A stretch of DNA of 64,000 bases from Felis catus. Taxonomy: Eukaryota. Positions 1-12,720 of the stretch are shown here, one piece after another. Within the stretch, counting starts at the first letter, position 1; each line of letters opens with the position of its first letter. The stretch covers positions 112,532,001-112,596,000 of the forward strand of contig NC_058373.1 of the NCBI RefSeq assembly GCF_018350175.1, written 5' to 3'. The notes under the pieces are model-generated. The model did no database searches and was not told the origin of the DNA. It was given only the letters and a program-made list of their open reading frames with translations. The position numbers and the translations under genes were made by a program.

Positions 1-1032
1 TTCACACTTTTTTATTATTTGTTGTCGTAGTAACCCTGTGAGGTAGATGATGGTATTTTCTGTTTTATAACCATGCAATATGGAGTTTAGAAAGAGTAGA
101 TTATTTGCTGCGAGGACCCAAAGATTTATAACTGACAGATCCTAAACGAACCATTTGTTTTTATTATCTCTTAGATTCTTATATTTACTTTTATCATATA
201 CCCCGTTCTTCATTAACTATGGGATGGTTGCAAAATTAATACATATAATTATCATTAGGATATACAAATAAGTAAATGAGTACCTTTGATTATTTCACAT
301 GTTCTGAGAATAGTAGTCATCACTGATAATGAACATGAAATTTCATAAATCTAGGTTGTGTTTATTTAAATCTGAAGCACATAAAACAAGACAGAACAGC
401 AATATTTCCAAATTGTGCAAAGCAGGAATAGAAATATATGGCAATTAATGAAGAAATAGCATATGGTGGTCTTTGAATTACCTAAAATACTTATTTTTCT
501 TGTCTATACATGCTTGAGTTCAACTCATTAAATTTCCTCTCATTTTTTTAAAAACCAGTATAATCAGCAGTAATACAAAGGGTGAAAGGAAATAAAAACC
601 AAGTAGAGACAAGGTATGTTAGTTGAGAGTGAGTGTGTGTGACATGGGTGTGGAGAATCTAGCAAAAGCCATACTGTATGAAAAAATAAAATTTAGTGGT
701 ATATTTTATTTGAACTGAAAGAATCTCTAAGAACTAGAGATATTCACTCTAAGATCGTCTTTTTTTGGAAGATTATGTAAACATCATGAATATTGAATAA
801 TAAAGTATGCAGTAGTGAGTATACCTATGTAAAAGGATCTATATGCATATGTGTGTGTATTTGCATACACAATTGTTTTTATATGCCTAGAGGAGCATCA
901 TAGAGGAAACTAGTATATCAGGGTAAGGAAGAATTTTTACTATACTTTTCTAACTTTGGAATTTTTTACCATATGTACAATTATTTATTCCCAAAAAAGT
1001 GAAAAATAATGATTGCTTAAACAACAAGTTAA

Positions 1033-1550
1033 TTTTTCTTTTTTTTTTTAATATGAAATTTATTGTCAAATTGGTTTCCATACAACACCCAGTGCTCATC
1101 CCAACAGGTGCCCTCCTCAGTGCCCATCACCCACTTCCCCTTCCTCTCACCCCCCATCAACCCTCAGTTTATTCTGTTTTTAAGGGTCTCTCTTATGGTT
1201 TGCCTTCCTCCCTCTCTAACTTTTTCCCCCCTTCCCCTCCCCCATGGTCTTCTGTTAAGTTTTTCAGGATCCACACAAGAGTGAAAACATATGGTATCTG
1301 TCTTTCTCTGTATGACTTATTTCACTTAACATAACACTCTCCAGTTCCATCCACATTGCTACAAAAGGCCATATTTCATTCTTTCTCATTGCCAAGTAGT
1401 ATTCCATTGTATATATAAAGCACAACTTCTTTATCCATTCATCAGTTGTTGGACATTTAGGCTGTTTCCATAATTTGGCTATTGTTGAAAGTGCTGCTAA
1501 AAACATTGGGGTACAAGTGCCCCTATGCATCAGCACTCCTGTATCCCTTG
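1033..1550 (-). mobile_element. 5'-truncated felid L1 3' end
   Basis: ORF2 C-terminus (MHRGTCTPMF...DRYHMFSLLCGS), 3'UTR and poly(A) matching the full-length copies in this window. Confidence 0.93.
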
Positions 1551-3200
1551 ATATTCCTCTATTGAATTCTTCAGTTAGTGTATTTTTTCAACTTTAGGAT
1601 TTGTTTGTTTTTGTGTTAGTTTTTGTCAAACTTCTCATTTTGTTCATGTATTGTCTTCTTCGTTGTCTGTTTTCTTATAGTTAACTAAACTTTTGTGAGA
1701 GAATTATTCTGAATTCTTTGTCTCATAGTTCATAGATCTCTATTTCTTTAGGGTCAGTTATTGGAGCTTTATTAGTTTCCTTTGGTGATATCTTAATTTT
1801 TCATGATCCTTGATTCCTTACATTGGTGTCTGCACTTTTGAATAATGGGGCTTCTCTTCCAGAGCTCACAGATTTTGCTTTGTTAGCAATGGTTCATCAG
1901 TCAGCTTAGTTTGGGTTTCTGGGTACATTTACAGCTAATGTCATTGGGCAATTATGCCTGCTACTATGGTTTCTTTTGAGGGAAGATGCCTCTTTGAACT
2001 TGAGGACGTGGATGGGGCTGAGGCTGTGCCATTGTCTGAGAGCAATGGGGTAGGACTTCTGGCTTGGCTTCTTACCTAATTGAGGCTATAGAATGTACTG
2101 CACTATTGGGTGAATTCACGGGTCAGGTTTTCTAGATTATGGAAACTGAGTACTGTAATCTTTAGTTTATGGGCTTATTAATTAGATTCCATGCCCTGGC
2201 AGATCAGCAGGCCAGTGCCCATGGCCTATACAAATTGTTTGGGGCCCAAATCAGTCCTGACTGTGAACTGAATTCCCTGGTCAGGTGGGGACACCAGTTT
2301 TGGTCTCCAGACAGGGGAAGCCATGGGTTCTGCTCTCAGCTCAAGTGTCTTTGGGCTTTTGAATTGGTTAAACAGTTTTCATGTGTTCTTGTTGGTTTCC
2401 TTGGTCAGATGGGCTGAAGGTTGTATTCAACAATGAGCCAGACCGGGAATTAGATATTTTTGCCTGGACCCAAGGGGAGAAGCAGTTTGAAAACAGGTGA
2501 AAATCTTTTTTAAAAAAATGTTGTTTATTTTTGAGAGGCACAGCATGAGCAGGGGAGGAGCAGAGAGAGAGGGAGACACAGAATCTGAAGCAGGCTCCAA
2601 GCTCTAAGGTGTCAGCACAGAGTCTGATGCAGGACTCGAACCCATGGACCGTGAAATCATGACCTGAGCCAAAGTCAGACTCTAAACTGACTGAGCACCT
2701 AGGCACCCCCCCTTTTTTTTAATGTTTATTTATTTTTGAGAGAGAAAGAGGGTGTGTGTGTGTGGAGAGGGGCGAAAAGAGAGGGGGACAGACGACCCTA
2801 AGTGGTCTCCACACTGAGAACAGAGAGCCCAGTGCAGGTCTCTAACACGCAAACCAAGATCGTGACCTGAGCCGAAGTTGGACGATTACCTGACTGAGCC
2901 ACCCATGGATCCCTAAAACAGGTGAAGTTTTGTTTGTTGTCTTAACTGAAGCCAATCTGCACTCTAAGTTCCCTGGCCAAACAGGGCCATTTGCTTTTCT
3001 TTACAAACTATCAACTCTGCCCTTCTCTTGGCTTGAGCACTGCTGGGTCACACAGCTTTCAGGCTTTGTCATCAGCCTTCTAGTCAGATGGGGTTGGAAG
3101 ACACTTTCTACAGGGGAGCTATGTCCCAGCCCCCTTGCCTGAGCAGGAGTGGGATGAGCTGCTGTAGGCTAGCTGCAATTTCTGAAATAGGCTCTCTGGT
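1551..3200 (-). mobile_element. Old L1M ORF1/5' region remnant, interrupted by SINEs
   Basis: Degenerate L1M ORF1-antisense-like sequence (ttgaattcttcagtt...aaacttctcattttgttcatg); boundaries approximate. Confidence 0.55.
2503..2913 (-). mobile_element. Two tandem CanSINEs (SINEC_Fc-type)
   Basis: Two tRNA-derived bodies with (CT)n/A tails; shared TSD AAAACAGGTGAA. Confidence 0.9.
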
Positions 3201-4061
3201 TGGGAGGGGCTGGGATCTGTCCTCAACCTTAGCTATGAATTAATTTTTCTGTATTTGAGTATCATGGCAGGTACTCCTCACCCAATATTGCATTCTAGTT
3301 TGTACAAACTGTTTTCATCTTAGTCAGAAGTCCATACTGTGTTTCAGTGCTTCCATAATTTATCATCCATATCTGTGTGTGTGTTTATATGTATATTATA
3401 AATATATATTAATATATAAATATTAATATATAAATTAATATATAAATATAAATAAATATATATATAAAATCCCCTTACTTTCTACTAGATTTCAGCACAG
3501 TTTTCCTTATTTTGCTGCCTCTGTCTTCTATGTGTACAATTCTAATTTCTACCTTCTTTGCTTTTGTTCATAATTTCCTATTTTTCAGAATTTTCATCTA
3601 CTTTCTCTTCATCTACTCATATGTGATAGGGACATAAATATATTTTCACAACATGTTATACCCTTAATACCTTTCAACTCCCTTTCTGGATAACTGTTAG
3701 AGTGGCATATTGAAGAAGCCAAAAGTGGATATACTGGATTCTTTCACATCATAAAGAGGTGACCAGAGAAGGAGGAATTGAAAGGAGAAAGAAAGGTTAA
3801 GGTAAGAGGGGAGTTTTGAATGAGTTTAGAGAGAAAGTAGGGAAATTGCAATTAAATGAGATATAAGACCTTTGTTTGAGAAATGGACAAAAAGCTTTTG
3901 AGACATTTGGTTATGTGTAGGGAGTATGCATGTAATTTTCTTGTTTACATGTTTTATATTTAAAACAGCTTTTCCTCATATTTTCCCATATATGTCATAT
4001 AAGATAACATATTTTCACATATGTATCTAATATGAGAAAATGTGAGGGATGATATATAAAA

Positions 4062-4650
4062 TGTGACGTGAAAATGCTGGGGTTTGGGAGTGAATGGTCA
4101 AGAAAGAATTCCTGAGGCATCTTTGGTGCAAAAAAGTGGTTTTATTAGAGCACAGGGACAGGACCTGTGGGCAAAAAGAGCTGCAATGGGGTTATGAGGA
4201 GTGACTAATTATATACTTTTAAATTGGGAGGGGATGGTGGATAATGTGAGTCTCTCAGGAATTTGGAAGCAAGGTTTCCAGAACTTTGAGGGACTAGCTG
4301 TTGCTAGGAAAAGGTCATTTACTACTTTCTTGTAAAACCTTAGTCATGAGACCCTTCAAATGTATATCAGTGGGCCATATGCTTGGAGGTTGATTGTTAA
4401 CATATCTGGAGGAGGAGGGTGGGTAGAGATAAAGAAATTTTCAAAGGAATTTTTATATGTTAAAGGGGACACAGGATCCTGGAGGTCAGGCTAATGTTAA
4501 ACTAAGGTTGCCTTTTGCCCTTAGCAAAGTATTAATATCTAGGCAGTTGAATTCCTAGAGGAAGGCCACTCTGCCTGTCTCAGAGACCTGTCAATAGGCT
4601 GTCAAGTTGTAAGGCAATTTAATTTTTTTCTTTTGCTGCTGTTCTCCACA
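4062..4650 (-). mobile_element. ERV solo LTR (carnivore ERV1-like)
   Basis: TG...CA termini, ~590 bp, AATAAA on minus near 4140, resembles carnivore LTR consensus from memory. Confidence 0.75.
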
Positions 4651-5499
4651 TTAAAATATATAATGTTACCATAGGTTATATATTATATTTAAATAAATAT
4701 ATACATTTATATTATGTGACATGTATCTATATTATATGGCATATATGCTATACATATATATACTATTCATATATATATACATATGCTATATTTATTTATT
4801 TATATGTGTTTTATTTTTTCATCAAGATTATAACCTTCTTCAAGCCAAACCCATCAATTTGTTTTCTACACATTACCCTGAATATTGCTAAAGTGAGTTT
4901 CCATTGCATATTCCCTTAATCTTTGTATTCTGCCCATTGAATATTTCTCAATTAAAAACCTGTTGCTTATATCTTTCATCTAACAAATGACTATTCTATA
5001 GTTTCACATGCGAAGCAGTTAAATGAATACAACGCCATGTGCCCAGAAAATTACTTTAAAACCAAGCCTTCAGAAATGAATTAAATTATATATGAGCATC
5101 TTGAAGTAGAAACTTATTCCAGTTCTTTATTTGAATTTTAGTTTTAACAGCAGGAAAATGCATAACTATAAATCACACCTAAAAGCTAATAAGTTTTGAA
5201 TTTTTGTTTTTAAATCTATTACAAGGAAATAAAACGATTCCTAAAGAGTAAAATAGTTAAGAGGAGAATGTTTGTATTGTAGGAATGCTGTCGGTTGACA
5301 ACACCTACCTTTTCCTTTCCAAATAACAGCTGGACATTGTGGCGCTGTTGCAGGTTTATTTTTGCAGTTGTAGCAGATGGTTACCATTATTCTTACTTAA
5401 AACAGTAGAAGAGAAGATTAGACATGAGTGGTAATATTATTGAATGATACCCTTACAGGTTTTTGTTTCAGTGAAGACTAGTGAAAACATAAGACTTCT

Positions 5500-5715
5500 A
5501 AATTTTTTTTTAACATTTATTTATTTTTGAGACAGAGAGAGACAGAGCATGAATGGGGGAGGGTCAGAGAGAGAGGGAGACACAGAATCTGAAGCAGGCT
5601 CCAGGCTCTGAGCTGTCAGCACAGAGCCCGACGTGGGGCTCAAACTCACGGACCACGAGATCATGACCTGAGCCGAAGTCGACCGCTCAACCAACTGAGC
5701 CACCCAGGCATCCCG
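5500..5715 (-). mobile_element. CanSINE
   Basis: SINEC body; TSD AGACTTCT. Confidence 0.93.
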
Positions 5716-6054
5716 AGACTTCTGACTAATGAGGGGAAAAGTCCATTTCTATTGTGTTATATAATTTAAATGTCTGGGGCCAGATAAACAATATCCTTTC
5801 TTAAATAGTGTTTTTGAAAGAATCTTAGTAACTCTCTGAGATTGCTTACAGTTTTAACTATAGAAACTCATTTTTCATTTTCCAAATTAAATTTTCTCTT
5901 TCTTGTTGGTGTAATTTTCTTTTTTTTTTTTATTGTCTTTTTCTCTCTCTTTAGTACTTTGGAGAAGTTTAGGTTGGTGTTAGTTTTTCTAGCTTTTTGA
6001 GTAGGTCACTGTGTCAATCAGGATTCAATCAGAAAAATAAGAATCACTCTACCT

Positions 6055-6260
6055 TTTATTTATTTATTTAAAATTAATTTTTAAGTTTGTTTATTTTGAG
6101 AGAGAGCGCATGAGCAGGGGAGAGGTAGAGAGAGGGAGAGAGAGAGAGAGAGAGAGAGAGAATCCCAAGCTGTAAGTGCAGAGATTAATGTATGGCTCAA
6201 ACTCACAAACCGTAGGATCATGACCTGAGCCAAAGCTAGGAGTCGAATGCTTAACCAACT
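6055..6260 (-). mobile_element. CanSINE (5' shortened)
   Basis: (GA)n tract and SINE body. Confidence 0.85.
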
Positions 6261-7315
6261 ACTTTTTCAAAGCAGAAAGGGATTTACTTCAGGGAATTAG
6301 CAGTTTCTAAAACTTGTGGAAAGGCTAGAGGAATGAAGGTCAAGTAAGACCTTTGCTGGACTTCAGTTTTACTGCTCACATTTAGAGATTCCGGAAGTTG
6401 AAGCAACTTAAAGAATTGTATACATATGATTATGGCTGCCTCCAGTTCCAAATGGGTAATATGTAGGAAAACACCTAGAAGGAAAATGATACTGAGTTAG
6501 TAGCAGAAAATCTGGTATTGGTGTAAAATATAGAAGGAGCATATGGTTAAAGTAAGCTCTATAAATTCTGTGAAAGGCATAGGCTAACATTTTTTTTTTA
6601 ATGCATCAATTTCTATGTGGGTATTTGTCACCTTTTTCTTACTAAGCCTGTAAGTACTGACTGTGTTGAAAGTCATCAGCTTCTTGCTGTCTTCTGTTAC
6701 TGAATTTTTTTAAAGCAAGAAGTTATAGAAGATAAGCCAAATATGCCACATTTAAAAGTATGGAACTATTGAATGTCCATGAAAAGGAAAACTTTTTTCG
6801 CAGGTAACAAATTCAATTATTAGTAGAGTAAAAATAAAGGAGAATTTCATCAGATTCTTATGTTACATTCAAAATTACTATCTTGTCTGTCAACATTGTT
6901 TCCTGCTGGACTACAGAAAGAAAAAGGTAGTTTTGTACATAATTTAGAAAAGTGCAAGTATTCACAATTTCAAAAAAAATCATTAATTATTGAAGGCAAA
7001 GTAACCATCCTATATCAGTTATAGTATGAGTTAGTGACACATAAACCTTTCCATAGAAGTCCTAGAATTCCTCTTGTAGGGTATTTACGATCTTTATATT
7101 TTAACCTCAGGTAAGATTCTCTATAGGAATAAAGATTTATCTCGTTTCATTGCTGCATGCCTGATAATTCTAAGTATTCAAGTGCTATAAAGATAAATGC
7201 CTAAGCAGTGTTTCTGCGCATTAATAGCGACCAACAATTTAGTTAATCATGATAATGAGGGAAGAGAGAACAAGAAGAAATGGACTACAACTTCTTTTAG
7301 TCAGACTGTGAACAT

Positions 7316-7930
7316 ATTACCAAAACCCAAGTTCAGCTGCCAATACTAAAGAGACTAGTTTTCATTAAAAAGGAACTTGAGGGGCGCCTGGGTGGCTCAG
7401 TCGGTTAAGCATCTGACGTCAGCTCAAGTCATGATCTCACAGCTCGTGAGTTTGAGCCTCACGTCTGGCTCTGTGCTGACAGCTCAGAACCTAGAGCCTG
7501 CTTCAGATTCTGAGTCTCCCTCTCTCTCTGCCCTTCCCTTGTTCACACTCTATCAAAAATATATAAATACAAAATTAAAAAAAAAAAGGAATTTGAGCTT
7601 TATTCAGGAGGCTGGCCATCTGGGAGCAAGGCAGACTCTTGTCCAAAAGCCAACTTCAAGGTTTCTGCCTGGCCCAGAGAATTTTTACAGGGGTTAGGGC
7701 AATTTATCAGGTAAGGGAGTGTAGTACTGTGTGACATTTCTTGATTATGTGCAGACGGATGGTGTCAGCTACAGACATTATGGTGGTACTTGGAGGTTGT
7801 GCAGAAGGGTCTGGTTCCTCAGTGCCGAGGGTGGTGCCAAAGAGCCTGGTGACATGTAGAAGTGCTCTGTTCTTTGTAGGAAGGAATGCATAATCTATAG
7901 ATATACAGAGAAAGGTTTTGTTAATCTCAC
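7316..7930 (-). mobile_element. ERV1-type LTR interrupted by a CanSINE
   Basis: ttaccaaaacccaagttcagctg...gctttattcaggaggctggcc...gactcttgtccaaaagccaac is typical of the reverse strand of ERV1 LTRs. Confidence 0.6.
7381..7586 (+). mobile_element. CanSINE
   Basis: GGGGCGCCTGGGTGGCTCAGTCGGTTAAG head; TSD AAAAAGGAA(C/T)TTGA. Confidence 0.93.
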
Positions 7931-8399
7931 TGGCTAAGAGTACTCACTAAAGCCTAAAGAATACTAGGTAGGCTGCAGGGTCCAAGGCAGCTTCAAACAG
8001 AACCAAACATTGAGAAAAGCGTTAGAACTCCAAGGTGCTTTTGACCATGAAGGGCAAAACAATGACATTATTTGTGAATTTGAAAACCTAATTTGCATTT
8101 CTAATTATCTGGATATTAAGTAGTTTGTCTTTTACTGGAAGTCAACACCCATTTATTTGCCCATTGAAAAAGATTGCAGATAAAAATGCCTTTTTTTCTT
8201 CAAAACCACAATATGTCTTGATTCTAAAGATGCCAAAATTGATCTAAAAGGGAATTTCAAAATTTATTTCTACTCTGAAATTTTGTTATAACAAAAAGTT
8301 ATGAAAATCATTAATCCTTATTAAAATGGGAGCAAATAAGAATAGTAATAGACACTAGCTTTTCTACCCTCACTTATTTGTTCTCAATATAGTAAGACT

Positions 8400-8600
8400 G
8401 GGGGTACCTGGGTGGCTCAGCTGGTTAAGCGAGCGACTTCGGCTCAGGTCATGATCTCAAGGTTCATGAGTTTGAGCCCCACGTCGGGCTCTGTGCTGAC
8501 AGCTCAGAGCCTGGAGCCTGCTTCAGATTCTGTGTCTCCCTCTCTCTCTGCCCCTCCACTGCTTGTCTGTCTCAAAAATAAATAAACATTCAAAAAATAT
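8400..8600 (+). mobile_element. CanSINE
   Basis: SINE head and tail; TSD ATATAGTAAG(A/T)CTG. Confidence 0.93.
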
Positions 8601-8904
8601 ATATAGTAAGTCTGCCTCAGTACTATTTTCTTTGATACTTTTATATTAAGCATATATTATATTAAATTTTACCTGTATAATAAGAAAGATCTGTTGATGG
8701 AATATGCTCCTATTGAATGAAAGAGGTGAAATTTATGCTTGCCAACCTAAAAAAGTTGGTTTAGGAGACCCAAATTAGATGAGAGTGTCGAAGTATTTCT
8801 TAACCTCTATCTGCCATATCATATAATACTTTCATTAATCCTTCCTGAATAGTTTTACATCAAATTGACAAGTAAATGTTTCCATTTGCTTCAGGTCCTA
8901 AATC

Positions 8905-9730
8905 AGTAGTTACAAACGCATGTGCCTACAGGTGTATATTAGAGTCACTCTTCGCAATACTACTTTCTGTGAAGATGGGAATATTCTATCTGTATTGTCC
9001 AGCACTGTAACCACTAACTTTATGTGGCTATTGAGCACTTAAAATGGGCTAGTATAACTGAGGAGTAAAAAATATTTTAATAAATGTAAATAACCATGTG
9101 TAGCTAATAACACTAGATACAACACAAACGCAAAATTTCATTGATTTAAACCCAAGAGAAGTTTTATTTACTTTTTGTGGAATAATCCAGTGTGAATATT
9201 TCTGTATGACTGGGGCACATCTTACTTCATCATCTTGTGGCTTCATCATCTGTTAAGGTCTTGGAGACATTTGTTTCCAGATGGCAAGGGGAGAAAAGCA
9301 CACTTCTTAAAATCCTGGCCTGAAAGTCAGATCACTCTGCTGACAGTAAGAACTAGTCATGTGGCCACATCTGGAGCCAAGTAACTGAAAAAATGTGGTC
9401 CCTGACCAGGCAACCACTATCCAGCAATAAACTTGACACTGTGGTAGGAGACACACATATTTTTGATAGTTCTGCCATAAAAGACCAGGCAAGTAACATA
9501 CAAAAATGAAATGGGCCAGATCAATGCATATGCATTAACTGTAAGAGGTGGGGGCAAAGCTATGGCATGCCCTAAACATAGAGAAGTTACTATACTTCAC
9601 CAGCCAGTGTTGCCCTCTTTTAAGGTGGAACCTATGTTGGCCAGATCATTTAGGGTATGGGGGTTTAGAGGTTTTTAAAATGAAAATCTGAAACCTATGT
9701 TTTTATCTGAAATATCACTTGTTTTAAAAG
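8905..9730. mobile_element. Nested ancient repeats: MER102-like hAT interrupted by MER3-like hAT (~8950-9125) and an MLT1 MaLR fragment (~9130-9480)
   Basis: Recognisable consensus motifs, e.g. tatgtggctattgagcacttaaaatgggctagt (MER3-like). Confidence 0.6.
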
Positions 9731-9734
9731 TTTA

Positions 9735-10760
9735 TGAATAAAACTGCTACCAACATTTATGTACAAGTATTTCTATGAGTAAGTATTATGTATAATTTTT
9801 AAGAGCTTGCCAACTTATTTTCCTGAATTTCTGTAACATCCCACCAATATATATGAGAGTTCCAGTTGCTCTGCATTCAGAACTTGGTATTGTTGGTATT
9901 ATTTTATGTTATTTTATAATTTTAATTTTTATTTGAGGGAGCAAATGAGCATGCATAACCGGGGGAGATGGGTAAAGAGAGAAAGAGAATCTTAAGCAGG
10001 CTCCATGCTCAGCCTGGAACCCAACACCGGGCTCCATCCCATGACCCTGGGATCCTGACCTGAGCTGAAAACAAGAGTCAGCTCAACCAACTAAGCCACC
10101 CAGGAGCCCCAGTATTTTTTTATTTTAGCCATTCTGGTAGGTATGTAGTGGTATCTGAGAATTGTTTTAATTTTTAAAAAATGTTTTATTTAAATTCCAG
10201 TTAGTTAACATACAGTGTAATATTAGTTTCACATGTATGGTATAGCGATTCAACACTTGCATACAACACCCAGTACTCATCACTACAAGTGAATGGTTTT
10301 AATTTCAATTTCTTATTGGCTAATGGTGTTGAACATTTCTTCATTTGCTTATTTGCCATCTGTAAATCATTGTCGATCAAGTGTTTATTCAAATCTTTTG
10401 TCCATTTTTGAATAGGTTGTTTGCTTTCTTACTGTTGAGTTTTGAGAGTTCTTTATATATCCTTTGTGGAGATATATACAAGCCTTTTGTTGGATGTGTG
10501 ATTTGCTAATATTTGTTTCCAATCTGTAATTTGTCTTTTCATTTTCTTCAGTGTCTTTCACAGAGCAAAAGTTATCAATTTTCATGAACTGTTTGAATAA
10601 CTGCTATGGAGGCCACAAAGATTTTTTCCTGTGTTTTCTTAAAAATTGTTATGATTTTACTTTTAGATACAAGATCAATATGAGTTCATTTTTGTGTGAG
10701 GTTTAGATCAAGATTCATTTGATGGCATATTGATATCTAATTGTTCCAACACAACTTGTA
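9735..10760 (-). mobile_element. Old L1 3' portion containing a CanSINE (~9910-10110) and a short carnivore L1 3' end (~10170-10290)
   Basis: ORF2 remnants (QMANKQMKKCST; KIDNFCSVKD); short insert flanked by TSD GAAT(T/G)GTTTTAATTT. Confidence 0.75.
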
Positions 10761-11849
10761 AAGATAGTAAGAGCTGTTTTCTAGGCCGCCAGGAGGGAAT
10801 AAGCAAAGGAAAAGATATTTCTTCAATATTCTCACTATGAGATTTCCTATAGGGCTTCATCTTCCCCATTGGATAACAAGTTCATTTGCTTTAATGTGTT
10901 GACATTCTTTGAAAATTGCCTAATTTTAATCAAGAACATATTCATTTACTAAATGCTTACTATAGCAAATTCTAACTACACTATTCCTTTACCATATCAT
11001 TAGATTAAGAGTGTAAGGCTGTAACCAAATGCCTAGAGTTTATCTCCTAGCCAACATGGGAATAAATCCAATGAAAATAGAATTTAGAAACAAATGGGTT
11101 TAATATTCTAAATGTGTAAACTATATCGTCATTTTGGTCATTACATGCATGATTGTACTAACACAGATTTGCTTGAAAATCTCCCTAAAATCACTCAAAA
11201 ATCAATAAACCAACAAATATTTATTAAACACTTATTTTGTAGGATTTGTTAGGTTCTGCAGAAGGTAAAAAACATAACACATAGCTTTATGTTCTCAGAA
11301 ATTGTACACTCAAGTTGACATATAGTAAAACTTAGAGTTACAAAATCAAATGTCCTCAGTTGCAACACAAGTATTATAAAAATGCCAAGTGTTGGTATAA
11401 GACAACAGGGAGAGTTAGGACCTATGTTAGCCTAGAGAGCCCAGTCACTGATTAGAGGAATGCACATAAACAAACATACATATGTCGAAAGAAATTACCT
11501 TAAAACATTGAATTAACATGGCCCATGAGTTTACAACACAACCTCTAATATTGCAGATTAACCTTTAGGTGTCTGAAGGAACTCTAAACTTGATAGGAGT
11601 GCCTTCACAAAAAGATATCCGCAAGTGCAGACACAGCTTTCTTTGCTGAAAAAGCAGATTTTTCAAATTACTCATTAGGCTTGTTTCTAGTTAGTGTGTA
11701 TGAATGTATATATAGGTATGTGCATGTATATTTCCTATAGCGAACATAGCCCTTTTTTTCTCTTTTACATTTTCTAATAGGTCATTATTAGTGTTTTGAT
11801 TTTTGTTTATTAATCTCATGTCCACCCAATATATTGAACTTATTTGTTC

Positions 11850-12560
11850 TGATAAGGCCTGAAGTATGGATTTAATTAAAACTGAAGGTATTGTGATTTC
11901 CAGACTTGTTCCTGTTTTAGTGAAAATGTTTCTAATATTTCACCATTTAGTACTATGTTACTTTTGATTTCTTATATATCCCCTTTATCAGGTTGAGGAA
12001 TTTTCCTTCTATTCCTAGTTTATTTGAAGCTTTAGTTTTTGTTTATTTGAATCAGGAGCGAATTAGAATGTTATCAAGTACTTTTTCAATATCTATTGAG
12101 GGGCGTCTGTGTGGTTCAGTCAGTTAAGTGTCCGACTTTTGGTTTGGGCTCAGGTCATGATCTCACAGTTTGTGAGTTCCAGCCCGCTGTGGGCCTCTGT
12201 GCTGACAGTGCAGAGCCTGCTTGGGATCGTCTCCCTCTCTCTTGACCCCTCCCCGGCTTGCTCTCTCTCTCAAAAATAAATAAACAAACATTAAAAACAA
12301 TGTTTTACTAAAAACATCAATATCTATTGAGATGGTCTTCTGTTTTTTCATTTATATTGAACCCTATTCCAGAGATAAACCTTACTTGGACATTATATGG
12401 TTTTATTTTAATACACTGCTACAGTCTATTAAGATTTTTGCATCTACATTTTTAAAAGATATTAACCTAGTTTTGGCATCAAATTAATGCTAGTTTATCA
12501 AATATTTTTAATGCTGTACAATTGTTTGTATAAGATAGACACTATCTATTGATTCACTGT
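11850..12560 (-). mobile_element. Old L1M ORF2 fragment
   Basis: RT-region antisense motifs (ttttcaccatttagtactatgtt...tttccttctattcctagttt). Confidence 0.65.
12100..12316 (+). mobile_element. CanSINE
   Basis: SINE body; TSD TCAATATCTATTGAG. Confidence 0.92.
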
Positions 12561-12678
12561 GTTATGAGACTCATGAACTGAGCCTAAATCGAGACTTGGA
12601 CACTTAGACACTTAACCAACTGAGCCACCCAGGTGTACCTTGTCTGCCTTTTAAGTCTCTTCTTGGTGGTTGGCCCTT

Positions 12679-12720
<42 letters not shown>

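Noticed and set aside
2490..2926. Double SINE inside one TSD as another transduction
   Set aside because: There is no cargo between the SINEs; insertion into a pre-existing A tail explains it (likewise 20908-21390 and 23675-24091).
7381..7460. tRNA-like A/B box sequences
   Set aside because: These are tRNA-derived CanSINE heads, not tRNA genes.
12681..12713. Orphan poly(T) as a retrocopy tail
   Set aside because: No adjacent recognisable element body or TSD; treated as a mononucleotide run.
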